Below, in pieces: positions 48,901-57,641 of a DNA stretch of 64,000 nucleotides. The notes under the pieces were generated by a model that made no database searches, was not told the origin of the DNA, and was given only the letters and a program-made list of their open reading frames with translations. The number at the start of each line of letters is the position of its first letter. The stretch's first letter is position 1. Origin of the DNA: a virus; the IMG/VR virus record IMGVR_UViG_3300008448_000032, positions 22,903 through 86,902 of that record; one strand, given 5' to 3'. The position numbers and the translations under genes are program-made.

Positions 48901-51513
48901 GAAGAAATATTTTCTTTCGGAAAATTGGATACCGAATATGATTATCTTTTGGAGAATTACAATATAAAATTTTCGAATTATTCTCGTATAGTTCCTTTTA
49001 TAAATAAATGGGCATACCAATCTGGTATAGATTCTAGAGGAAATTCTTATAGGTTAAATAGTACTCCTGCTTTTACCCCTACTAATTTTTCTCCTTCTCC
49101 GGAGAAAAACATAAGGGATCCTAAATACATGACAAATGAATGGTTTCTTTTAGAACAACCACCTTATAAATTTCCTATAGAATATATGGGGGATCAGAAT
49201 AGTTATTTGCCGGAAAAAATAAATATAACAAAAGCTAAGAATGCAGATCCAAATTCTGTAGATTCTTTATATCTCCCCTCTTATTTTACAGTAGAACCTT
49301 TAGATTATTCTATAGAATTCTCGGATACGAAAAATTACACTAAAGAATTATTCACTCCTTTTATCTATAATAAATCCAGCCAATACTACGAAACTTTATT
49401 TAGAGGGGTAAAAATTGTAATAAAAAAGAGATCGGATGTTCGGGGAAAAGATCCGGAGAACTCGGATAGATACGTTCCCGGATATAAAGGATTTGAAGAT
49501 TATAAATTTTCAGCTATTATTAGAGCTATACCAGAAGATTCTTCTATAATACAAAGCCCAGTAAAATACGAAATAATAGAAAATGCATCCCAGAAGTTTA
49601 TACTTTTTGTATGTGATGTTGTAGTAAAAGATCAAAAATCTTTAGAACTTGGGTACACTGGAGGAACAGGGGCTAATCCTATTTTAGATTATACTCTTTT
49701 GTACACTTTATCAGACAAGGAGAAATTGACATACCCTTTAGTAGACGGAGAAAAATTTAATTCAATAGACGATATAAAACTTAGTGTAGCATTAGACCTT
49801 TCTCTTGCATCGGGAAGCTCGGTGAATACAGTTAGTCCTAGCGGACTTATTTATTCCATACCAAATCCGGATTATAATACTGACCTTAGAGAAGAAATTT
49901 CCCGTGTTTTTCTTCCTAATTCACCCGGAGCAACTTCAGCACCTCCCTCTACAGGAATTTTAAGTTTCTATGCACCTACTATTTCTACCGGGTTAAATTA
50001 TCCTTGGCCTATAGGGGTTAATTCAAATTCTATAGAATTTGGAAAAATAACAACAGTCCCTGACTATACTTTTAATATACCATACTCTTTTGTCTCTCCT
50101 GCTACAATTCCTATAGGTCCTTCTTCAATATACAAGGATCAACCGGTTTTCCAGGTAGAAGGAGGATCTAGATATTATAATTCTATAATGAATAGAACAA
50201 CTGTAGGATACATATTTCAAGAGCTTCAAAATAATTCAAAATATATAAAGTATAAGACTTACTCGTGGGATTCTGAAACTTCCAGCACTGTAGAAACATC
50301 AGATTCTTTCGAAATATCTTTTATACGTCCGGATCTAATTTTAAAACCGCAGGGATCTGTACCAGTAGCTTCTTATTCTGGACCTATAACTTTAGGATCC
50401 AACGATCCTACTTCTTATGAGATAGTGGTGAATCAAAATCCAAATCTAGCATCTAGCTTAATTAGATATTCAGGAAAATATGAACCTATTTTTAGAAAAA
50501 TAATACACTTTGATAGAGATAAATCAGATACCATAGCAGGAGATACCTCTATAGATCTTTCTTTTAGAAATTGTAATTTTGCCCCGGATAAATACTATTT
50601 TGGAATATCCAGAAATCTTTGTTTTACTAAAGTTGATTTAGGGCAAAACATATTATCGGACACCGCTAATATTCCCCAAGGGAGTGTTTACCCTTTAGTA
50701 GGTCAAACCCCAATATCCAAAAAGAATTTTAATGTGTTCTCTTCTTCTTGGGACCCTGGATATTACGAAAGATTCGTTTTACCTGAATCTTCTATTGAAG
50801 TTGCGGGAACAAGATCGATGAAAGAGGATAAAACATTTATGGGATCTAAAATAATGAAAACTCCTTTTGAAATTTATTCTAATAATTATATAGTTCTCGA
50901 GGTATCTAGAACAACAGGAACGAATTCTGTAAATTCTATAAATTCCACAGCTTCTTCTTTTATTAAATCAATTCAGGATGTTAATAAGGATAACACAGGA
51001 ACAGGGATAGGATTTGCCGGAACTTATCTTTCTGGAGTTGATATATCCTCTTTAAATCAATCTTTATTTCCCGACGTAGAGGTATTTTATCAGTATCTAA
51101 CGGATACAAATAAAGTTATCGGAATACTGAGGCTGGATAGAATACTAAGAAGATTTCTTTTAAATTCCGGAATAAAAAATGTATTCCAGAATAATATAAT
51201 TTCAGAATTTGGAGTAGGGGATCCTAATTCAATAAATGATGATATAAATAATTACATAGATCTTAATATAGCTCCAGCTTATGAAGGGGGGAATTTTAAT
51301 TTATACGTAAAGAAAACTGCATCTGAAACTATACCGATTACTAAATTAGTTGTGGGCGATATAACTTCTTACCAAAGGGCTACTACGGGATATTCATTAA
51401 ATAATAATTATACCCTAACTAGAATAAATAATTTAACCTATAATTTTTCTTTTGATATGGAGAAAAACTTTAATTATTCTCTTTCATTTTCTATACCGAT
51501 TATTAAAATCTAG
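46000..51513 (+). CDS. Very large structural protein with CBM5/12-like module
   Basis: 1837 aa; EWNNTDSYSSGDIVMYLNKYYKS...P....W motif. Confidence 0.55.
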   Translation: MAEPKLFDYNSSFSVIRTNPKITGNLKITVDSSGSVSFNTFSANSTLSSDRFKKFNVTGKNSFNVDVYNFFQQGQTPVESIFEVAKKTNGETKTATEYSSQYDFFYGSGASLFIDPNYPEAFSYLSPLWIRDQLPDFFVIFKVPGPLNYSYTENVTSINGGTFYKVIADYDSSYLNPETGIPDYRIKYGKDPLGNDIFYYNGSIFEGNPSFLNYTPVEGSGKVVIFDELYNLDNVKDIEKTFSDKILPNATAIKTFDLRENTLIGNYIRSIINNNNFSKSPIDINWSPNGYSYWNGVDVNNGIFTSKGEILYDYMRSADSDTMIDFEDYITSGFSRNGIICPNLLNLEFLFDDDDSDIYTINRYFGMYVSRNDIASLRTNGNFYYEFKDLPGNENLPKPSRNNVGYYYNTENSILGATSGIKFFYENSSGFLPGSNDVNVNDPNKLFYLTDKNDNFYSLKRSEFYNPLDLNSPSFFGPYDYSTLTFGGTGTTGATAGSLSLHDTKLDLLDFTGVGKKISTIKGEKPQDAGRSYIDIEFLKPYDPFLTLTFKIYWENGSQKEGIRKYDLVESKDFSSIFPWLAGAYYSTGDSYYFNGFLGGVDDISGAFANVLDELNPTSWDTGSNDGYTVIRLKNTGVYGNSTFFVSVFDDYYNFNLSYKKEWNNTDSYSSGDIVMYLNKYYKSNTPVPSPSIGNFNTSPDQSSSWDPYYTFSSSGYINIKGIDVSSSNENFNFVGGTKTRNNRIIFGIDYSDQVQVGDFIQTLTGFNEIKAVTRYVESPSIDGNTKKVISFNGFLDKLVVEIEDDYSRIDLGSDESFNTYSSPELKIGVFTFFDTKEFDFDFFSSSYSYNPFPETYKYYQIQPGTEGVIDPGVFYFVKQGEIVYNSTIYAQGDIFTGVTGSTLFNEVNPNPNLPSVVFPSQYSNTVYNSSITNYTGIEYENNLNSFNGFIGIQKLNPGTPSPSSTKEEIFSFGKLDTEYDYLLENYNIKFSNYSRIVPFINKWAYQSGIDSRGNSYRLNSTPAFTPTNFSPSPEKNIRDPKYMTNEWFLLEQPPYKFPIEYMGDQNSYLPEKINITKAKNADPNSVDSLYLPSYFTVEPLDYSIEFSDTKNYTKELFTPFIYNKSSQYYETLFRGVKIVIKKRSDVRGKDPENSDRYVPGYKGFEDYKFSAIIRAIPEDSSIIQSPVKYEIIENASQKFILFVCDVVVKDQKSLELGYTGGTGANPILDYTLLYTLSDKEKLTYPLVDGEKFNSIDDIKLSVALDLSLASGSSVNTVSPSGLIYSIPNPDYNTDLREEISRVFLPNSPGATSAPPSTGILSFYAPTISTGLNYPWPIGVNSNSIEFGKITTVPDYTFNIPYSFVSPATIPIGPSSIYKDQPVFQVEGGSRYYNSIMNRTTVGYIFQELQNNSKYIKYKTYSWDSETSSTVETSDSFEISFIRPDLILKPQGSVPVASYSGPITLGSNDPTSYEIVVNQNPNLASSLIRYSGKYEPIFRKIIHFDRDKSDTIAGDTSIDLSFRNCNFAPDKYYFGISRNLCFTKVDLGQNILSDTANIPQGSVYPLVGQTPISKKNFNVFSSSWDPGYYERFVLPESSIEVAGTRSMKEDKTFMGSKIMKTPFEIYSNNYIVLEVSRTTGTNSVNSINSTASSFIKSIQDVNKDNTGTGIGFAGTYLSGVDISSLNQSLFPDVEVFYQYLTDTNKVIGILRLDRILRRFLLNSGIKNVFQNNIISEFGVGDPNSINDDINNYIDLNIAPAYEGGNFNLYVKKTASETIPITKLVVGDITSYQRATTGYSLNNNYTLTRINNLTYNFSFDMEKNFNYSLSFSIPIIKI

Positions 51514-51515
51514 AT

Positions 51516-53099
51516 ATGCCAAATACAAATATAAAAAGTCTTAATTATTCGGATACCCAGAATGAGATAATACAGAAATTAAACAATAATTTTGATGATC
51601 TCATAGAAATACACGGGGGAGTTCAAGGAAATGGAGGGCCTACCGGTGGAAGAGGTCCGGTAGGAATACTAGGGGAAAAAGGAGCTACTGGTATTTCTGG
51701 ACCAAGAGGAACCAGATGGTTTGTTAGGTCTTCCCAGCCAGGAGGTACCGGAACATATGCAATCGAAGGAGATTATTGGGTGGAAATATCGACTACTAAG
51801 ATTTATATCTTTACGGATTCGGGGTGGGTGGATACCGGATATTTTCTATCATCCCAAGATATTTTGTTTAGGGACGTTCTATATAATTCCTTAGGAGGAT
51901 CCTCTGGAGTAGCAATAACAGAAAATAAATCTTCACCCTCTCTTTATACATTTGTGGTAGGAGATGAATCCCCAGAAAATTCACCTCTTATAAATCAAAA
52001 TCTTTCTAAATTTGTTATATCTACAGATAACTCAGTTAATGATGCACCTCTTTTGGAATTTTCTAAAAGCGATTTAGAAAATGGAACAATATCTGATTAT
52101 ACAAGTCACCCATATTTTTCATGGAGTAATTTTAGTCCTTCTAATGTTGATTTGCTTTTAGAAATTCCGGGAGGAAAATTTTATACTGGGGGAAGCGGAG
52201 GGATAGATATAAAAGCATCTAATATATCTATAGAATCTTACACCGGAATTACCTTTGATGGGGTTTTTAATATATGGGCAACAGGAGGAATAAATTTATC
52301 TTTCCCCTCAGGAAATACTAACATATCGGCGAATAATATAGAAATAGGACCTACTTTTTCTTCTATAGAAAGAACATTGTCTCTTTCTCCGGTCCTGTCT
52401 TCTCCTAGCCCCAGCATATATGTAAAATCAGGATCTACTGGAGCTTTAAAGACAGAGAGAACGGTAGACACGTATGATAGTATTTCTCATTCGATTTACA
52501 ATGTAATGCTAGAATCTAGTGGCCCAACTGCTTCTGAATCCCAATTTACTATAGACACCAAAGGGAAAATAAAAACCAATAAGGTAGATGGAGGAGTAAC
52601 TTATCCTTTATCCACCTTCGGGGCAACTTCATCTGCTGGATCTACCACGATATTTTGGTATCTGGTATCCCGAACTTCTTCCCCTCCACAGGCTTCTCCC
52701 ACCTCAACAATCTATAGACCTTTTGGGTTATCCAATGGAAATATAGCTGTTATAAATCCTTATATCAACGCATATTCTAGTTCTCTTTGCGGGATAGGTG
52801 TATATTCATATGCTGATTATTCATGGGGGTCTACCGGGGGGATACAAAGGGGAGAATCCATAAGATTCAGTGCTTATTGTAGCCAAAATCCTGGAGGGTC
52901 TACTCCTTTTTCTGGATTTAGATATATTGGATATGGGAGGAACTCCGCAAATATGGTCACAGCTGCTACCTTACCTTTCTATGCAACTTGTGTTGATTTT
53001 GTAATATCCAGGGGAGCAACCGGTTCAGGTACTAGTGTAAGCTATTTAGCATACGGAAGCTCAGGAGGATCCGGGGGTTCTTTTTATTTCGATATATAG
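51516..53099 (+). CDS. Collagen-repeat tail fibre-like protein, paralog 1
   Basis: SDTQNEIIQKLNNNF, then a Gly-X-Y run, then RW...GDYW. Confidence 0.65.
   Translation: MPNTNIKSLNYSDTQNEIIQKLNNNFDDLIEIHGGVQGNGGPTGGRGPVGILGEKGATGISGPRGTRWFVRSSQPGGTGTYAIEGDYWVEISTTKIYIFTDSGWVDTGYFLSSQDILFRDVLYNSLGGSSGVAITENKSSPSLYTFVVGDESPENSPLINQNLSKFVISTDNSVNDAPLLEFSKSDLENGTISDYTSHPYFSWSNFSPSNVDLLLEIPGGKFYTGGSGGIDIKASNISIESYTGITFDGVFNIWATGGINLSFPSGNTNISANNIEIGPTFSSIERTLSLSPVLSSPSPSIYVKSGSTGALKTERTVDTYDSISHSIYNVMLESSGPTASESQFTIDTKGKIKTNKVDGGVTYPLSTFGATSSAGSTTIFWYLVSRTSSPPQASPTSTIYRPFGLSNGNIAVINPYINAYSSSLCGIGVYSYADYSWGSTGGIQRGESIRFSAYCSQNPGGSTPFSGFRYIGYGRNSANMVTAATLPFYATCVDFVISRGATGSGTSVSYLAYGSSGGSGGSFYFDI
53091..53098 (+). 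promoter_or_regulatory. Putative late promoter box GATATATA overlapping a stop codon
   Basis: GAT ATA TAg encodes D-I-stop; upstream of ATG 53108. Confidence 0.55.
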
Positions 53100-53107
53100 A
53101 TTAATAT

Positions 53108-54772
53108 ATGAAAGAACTTAAACTATTATTATTAGAAAAAGGAGATTCGCAAAAGAATTTAGTAGATAAGACTAATTTTAATTTTAGTCAAATAATTTCT
53201 TTTGATGGCGGACCTTATGGAAAAATGGGTCCTGAAGGAAAATCCGGTAATCCTGGAATTTCTGGTCCTAAAGGGTCTTTTGGCCCTCAAGGTAAAAGAG
53301 GAAACATATGGACCATTTTAGATTCACCTCCTTTAAATCCTTCGGAAGGAGATTATTGGATGAATCCCTCAAACAATAATGAGATAAGAGTATATAATTC
53401 TTCTACAGAAAATTGGGATTTATATTCAATCAATATAAATTCCCTTGATATATTTAGAGAATATAGTCCTATACAGACTTCATCAGGCCCTTCTTCTAAA
53501 GGGGGATACTTTATATCTCTTCCGTATCCTATTTTGACGACAATGGTCCTTAGCGATTCTTATCTTTCTAATGGATCCATTACTGCAAATCCACAGTATT
53601 CTAAATTTGTAATATCTACAGATTCGCAAAATTTAAATAGAAGAATACTAGAATTTACCAAAGGAGATTATCACGGAACCTCGTTCAATCAGGAAACCCC
53701 TTATTTCTTTTGGTCAACCGGGCCAACCGCAACTGAAGGAAATTATGCTCTTAATTTTCTTTCCCCTAAATCTTTAGGATTTGATCTCGGAGGAGATTTT
53801 TCTCTAAATTCTCTATCCGGATCCGCTATACTAAAATCTGCATCTTTTTCCTTAGGTTATAGACTAAATACACATATAAATGGAATTTACTCCTCTAATT
53901 CTCCTACCGGGGATCTAAATATAAATGTAAATTCGGGAGCGGGAAGCCTACTTTTTAGCGGAAAAAATATTTATTATCCGGTTAATACATTATTTACTAT
54001 TAACACGACGACAACTCTAGATATTCAAACATCCGGAACTACAGGTTCACAGCCTTCTCTTAACCTTATATCTAAAAACATAGATCTAGGGAATCTCTAT
54101 TATAAAATGGACGAAGTTTACCCTTCTACTAGATCAGGTTCTACCCTATTTAAAGCTACAAATTCTTCTAATACCATATTGGAGATTTCAGGAAAAGGCG
54201 ATTTTAAAATAGATAAAGCGGTTTATCCTTTACATCCTTTGGAATCCCCTTCCTCTGTTCAATTCACGCTTTCACCTTTTGCCGACAAATATATAATCTT
54301 TAATCCTTCTGTATCCTTAAATGGACAGACTAGCTCTAGTTCTTTTAATGTAAATAAAGGAATTGATTATTATTTGATACCTCCTTCCGTAAGTACATTT
54401 CCGTTACAGGAAAGGGGAATAATTTTATGGACGCCTTCAGATATTAATGCATCCAAAGGATGGACAGATCTCATAAACCAAAACGAATATATTAATTTTA
54501 GAATACATTCTAACGTAAATACACAAGGATTTAGATTCTTAACCATAAATACTTCTTCGACCAAAATAACAGCCCCGGTAGGAACAGGTATAGGGGATCT
54601 GGGGGTATCAGAATATTGTACTTCTGTGGAATTTACTATAATAAATTTAAGTAAAACTTCATCGGGAACATCTCCTACCGATAGATGGTTTAAAGTTTTG
54701 TATCAAGCATGGGGAGGAAGTTTAACCAGTCCGGTATGCGGGGAATTATACACTAATGGATCTACACCTTAA
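53108..54772 (+). CDS. Collagen-repeat tail fibre-like protein, paralog 2
   Basis: GDSQKNLVDKTNFNF, then a Gly-X-Y run, then IW...GDYW; SKFVISTD shared with the paralogs. Confidence 0.65.
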   Translation: MKELKLLLLEKGDSQKNLVDKTNFNFSQIISFDGGPYGKMGPEGKSGNPGISGPKGSFGPQGKRGNIWTILDSPPLNPSEGDYWMNPSNNNEIRVYNSSTENWDLYSININSLDIFREYSPIQTSSGPSSKGGYFISLPYPILTTMVLSDSYLSNGSITANPQYSKFVISTDSQNLNRRILEFTKGDYHGTSFNQETPYFFWSTGPTATEGNYALNFLSPKSLGFDLGGDFSLNSLSGSAILKSASFSLGYRLNTHINGIYSSNSPTGDLNINVNSGAGSLLFSGKNIYYPVNTLFTINTTTTLDIQTSGTTGSQPSLNLISKNIDLGNLYYKMDEVYPSTRSGSTLFKATNSSNTILEISGKGDFKIDKAVYPLHPLESPSSVQFTLSPFADKYIIFNPSVSLNGQTSSSSFNVNKGIDYYLIPPSVSTFPLQERGIILWTPSDINASKGWTDLINQNEYINFRIHSNVNTQGFRFLTINTSSTKITAPVGTGIGDLGVSEYCTSVEFTIINLSKTSSGTSPTDRWFKVLYQAWGGSLTSPVCGELYTNGSTP

Positions 54773-54777
54773 CAAAT

Positions 54778-56460
54778 ATGCACTTTAATACGAAATATAT
54801 AAATTTAGGAGACTCTGAAAAAGAGATAAAAGATAAGTCTAATTACAATTTTAATCAGATACTTTCTTTTGCTATTGGACATGAAGGACTAATAGGGCCT
54901 AAAGGAGCTACCGGGATCCCAGGACCATCTGGAAGAATAGGGGCAACTGGTAATACAGGCGATAGAGCATCTGAGTGGTTTAGAGGGACAACATTTCCTT
55001 CCCAAATCCCACAGGAATTTGATCTGTGGATAGATGATTCTTCCCCCTTAGGTGATGTCTATGAAAGAGATTCTTCTTCTTGGTTATATACCGGGTTTTC
55101 TTTATTTAATTCAGATTTTTTCGATGTTTATTCGGGAATAGTAGGTCCTTTAGGACTAACCGATAAATCTGCAATAGGGATAAATCCTTCTTATACACCA
55201 GATCAAACTTCCTTGGTTATAAGCGATACTTATTTTTCCCCCTCGGACGTAAATCCAAATAATTCCAAACTTTTAATATCCACATCTGATCAGGTAGATA
55301 CCCCTATTTTTTCTTTTGTAAAATCTAATAGCAGTTTATCCCAGTACCCTTCTTTTTATTGGAAAAATACGGGATTGTTATCGGATTTTTTATTTAAATC
55401 CCCAGGGAAATTATCAATAGGATCTCTTTTGGATTTAGAAATGTCTTCTGATGATTCTATATTAGGAGGAAATTTGATTTTAAACGGAGATTCTTTTTAT
55501 TCAACAACCCAAGGTAATTTAAATTTGATAACTGATTGGTCAGGGATTAGACTTTTTACCGATTTTACAATAAATTCCGTTTTAATAAATTCCCTAAATT
55601 TTGGAGTAGACACATCTAAATTATACACAAAAACTTTAACCGAAATATCATACAATTCGGGAATTATGGGCGGAGGAACCTATGTATTATCCTCTACACC
55701 TTCGGGATCTTCTACCGATAAATATTTTGGAGGAATATCCATAGATTCAAATTCAATCATATCAAGGGTTTTTGATTTTACCGGAATAAGTGGGGGATCT
55801 ATTCTATATGGTCTTCCTTCCGGATCTTCGAGTTCAGGAAATCACAAGCAAGTCGTTTTTGGAGAAACCGGAGGGGTTCCACCTGGTGCTACTTCAGGTC
55901 CTTACTCTTATCACGTAAAGAGATTAAATAATATATTAGTTTCTAGATCTACCCAAACTTTTATCTCGTATTCTAATAGGAACAATCCATCAGCCGGATT
56001 TGGGATCCCCCTTAATAACATTTTAAACATTTCCTCCCTTTCGAACTGGAATTCTAATATGATAGTGGCTACCATATACTCAGCATTGTATCCTACTGCA
56101 AATCCTTATATATGGATTCCCTCTTCCGATCAGCAATCATTAGAGCCAGTTTTTTATTCAGGGGAAGGAAACGAATATAGGGTTTATTTAAATGATACGG
56201 TTCTTGGGAATAAAAAAATAAAAGGGATAGTTTTCAACTATTATTATTCCAGCTCAATTATAAGTGAAGTTAGAAGAGTATATTTCGATTTTCCTTCTGC
56301 GTGTTCTTATGTTGATTTATTTTGGGCCTATCAGGGAAGTTCCGGTAATCTAAATGGAAGAATATTCTGGAAAACGTGTGACGGATCTGGAGGAATATTA
56401 GAAATGACTAATCGGTATGCCATAGAAGCGAACCAAGTACCTCCTATCTCCTCCAGATAA
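54778..56460 (+). CDS. Collagen-repeat tail fibre-like protein, paralog 3
   Basis: GDSEKEIKDKSNYNF, then a Gly-X-Y run, then EW...DLW; SKLLISTS. Confidence 0.65.
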   Translation: MHFNTKYINLGDSEKEIKDKSNYNFNQILSFAIGHEGLIGPKGATGIPGPSGRIGATGNTGDRASEWFRGTTFPSQIPQEFDLWIDDSSPLGDVYERDSSSWLYTGFSLFNSDFFDVYSGIVGPLGLTDKSAIGINPSYTPDQTSLVISDTYFSPSDVNPNNSKLLISTSDQVDTPIFSFVKSNSSLSQYPSFYWKNTGLLSDFLFKSPGKLSIGSLLDLEMSSDDSILGGNLILNGDSFYSTTQGNLNLITDWSGIRLFTDFTINSVLINSLNFGVDTSKLYTKTLTEISYNSGIMGGGTYVLSSTPSGSSTDKYFGGISIDSNSIISRVFDFTGISGGSILYGLPSGSSSSGNHKQVVFGETGGVPPGATSGPYSYHVKRLNNILVSRSTQTFISYSNRNNPSAGFGIPLNNILNISSLSNWNSNMIVATIYSALYPTANPYIWIPSSDQQSLEPVFYSGEGNEYRVYLNDTVLGNKKIKGIVFNYYYSSSIISEVRRVYFDFPSACSYVDLFWAYQGSSGNLNGRIFWKTCDGSGGILEMTNRYAIEANQVPPISSR

Positions 56461-56505
56461 AAATGGAATTAATTATCTTTTTCTAAAAAAATATATAGTA
56501 AAAGA

Positions 56506-56533
56506 GAAATAGATTTTGGATCCTCTGATATAA
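56506..56533 (+). promoter_or_regulatory. Bipartite phage promoter GAAA-N19-TATAA
   Basis: GAAA tagattttggatcctctga TATAA upstream of ATG 56544. Confidence 0.55.
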
Positions 56534-56543
56534 AAATAAAACT

Positions 56544-56801
56544 ATGAAAAAATTAAATAAAAAAGAACAGGATGAAATACTAAATCTATCTAAAAGATTT
56601 ATAGATATACATTCTCAAATAGTTAAAGTAGAAAAAGAGATTCAATTTTTAGAAACCCAATCTTCTAATCTAATTTCAGATCTTGAATTTTGCAGAGAAA
56701 CCGAAATGGAATTCTGCAAAAAGATGGCTAAAAAATACGGGGAAGGAGAATTAGACCCTTTATCAATGACATGGAAAATCAAGACAGAAAAAGCAAAATA
56801 A
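56544..56801 (+). CDS. Small coiled-coil protein
   Basis: 85 aa; heptads followed by KKYGEGELD. Confidence 0.6.
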   Translation: MKKLNKKEQDEILNLSKRFIDIHSQIVKVEKEIQFLETQSSNLISDLEFCRETEMEFCKKMAKKYGEGELDPLSMTWKIKTEKAK

Positions 56802-57640
56802 AAAAAGTTAGTGAAACTTTAGAATCTATGTATAAAATAGTCTCCAATAGATTAGTTTTAATTGGGATAATAATTCTTTTAATATTCCTTTCGATAAGAC
56901 AATGCGAAAGAGCAAATGGAGCTGAAGCAGATTCCAAAAGACAACATAATAATTATCTGGCGATGAAGGATTCGGTTAGAGTCATAAAGAAAGAAAAAGA
57001 TCTTTTGGTAGTCGAAAAATCTGCGATGGAAATGAAGGTTTCCGAATTGACAGACGAACAAAAAGATCTAATAAAAAAATTAGGTCTAAAATCCAACGGG
57101 AAAAAAGAAACCCCGTCTGTAATAACAGAAATTCAGATAGTTTATGTTGATAGATTTATTGATGTTCCGACTAGAGTAGAAAAAGATAAAGACGGTAAAG
57201 AATCTATAACTTTCACGCATTCTCCTCAAATGAAGGGAAATAATAGTTTAACTATATCGGGAAAAATACCATATACTTTCGATGTCATAAAAAGCGACAA
57301 GACGGATCTGGTGTTTACTAAGTTAAACCCGGGAAAGGCGGAATTGGATATAAAGCAGAGTATCGAAATAACTACAGGAATTTACAGGGATTCTGAGACT
57401 AAGAGATTAATGACTAGAGTTTCTACCGAATACCCGAATATTGAATTTAAAGATATAAATTCTTTTACTATCCTGGATACCAAAGAAAACAGAGATGCTT
57501 TAAAGGCAGCAAGAAAACCTTATGGTATAGGAGTTAATTTTGGAATAGGACTAGCAGCAAATCAGAAAGGAATAGGCCCTGGAATTTATCTAGGCATAGG
57601 TCTTCAATACTCTCCTAAATTTTTACAATTCGGAAAATAA
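56771..57640 (+). CDS. Membrane-anchored protein, candidate spanin-like
   Basis: N-terminal TM (LVLIGIIILLIFLSI), coiled coil, C-terminal Gly-rich amphipathic beta hairpin (YGIGVNFGIG...GIYLGIGLQY). Confidence 0.5.
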   Translation: MENQDRKSKIKKVSETLESMYKIVSNRLVLIGIIILLIFLSIRQCERANGAEADSKRQHNNYLAMKDSVRVIKKEKDLLVVEKSAMEMKVSELTDEQKDLIKKLGLKSNGKKETPSVITEIQIVYVDRFIDVPTRVEKDKDGKESITFTHSPQMKGNNSLTISGKIPYTFDVIKSDKTDLVFTKLNPGKAELDIKQSIEITTGIYRDSETKRLMTRVSTEYPNIEFKDINSFTILDTKENRDALKAARKPYGIGVNFGIGLAANQKGIGPGIYLGIGLQYSPKFLQFGK

Positions 57641-57641
57641 T

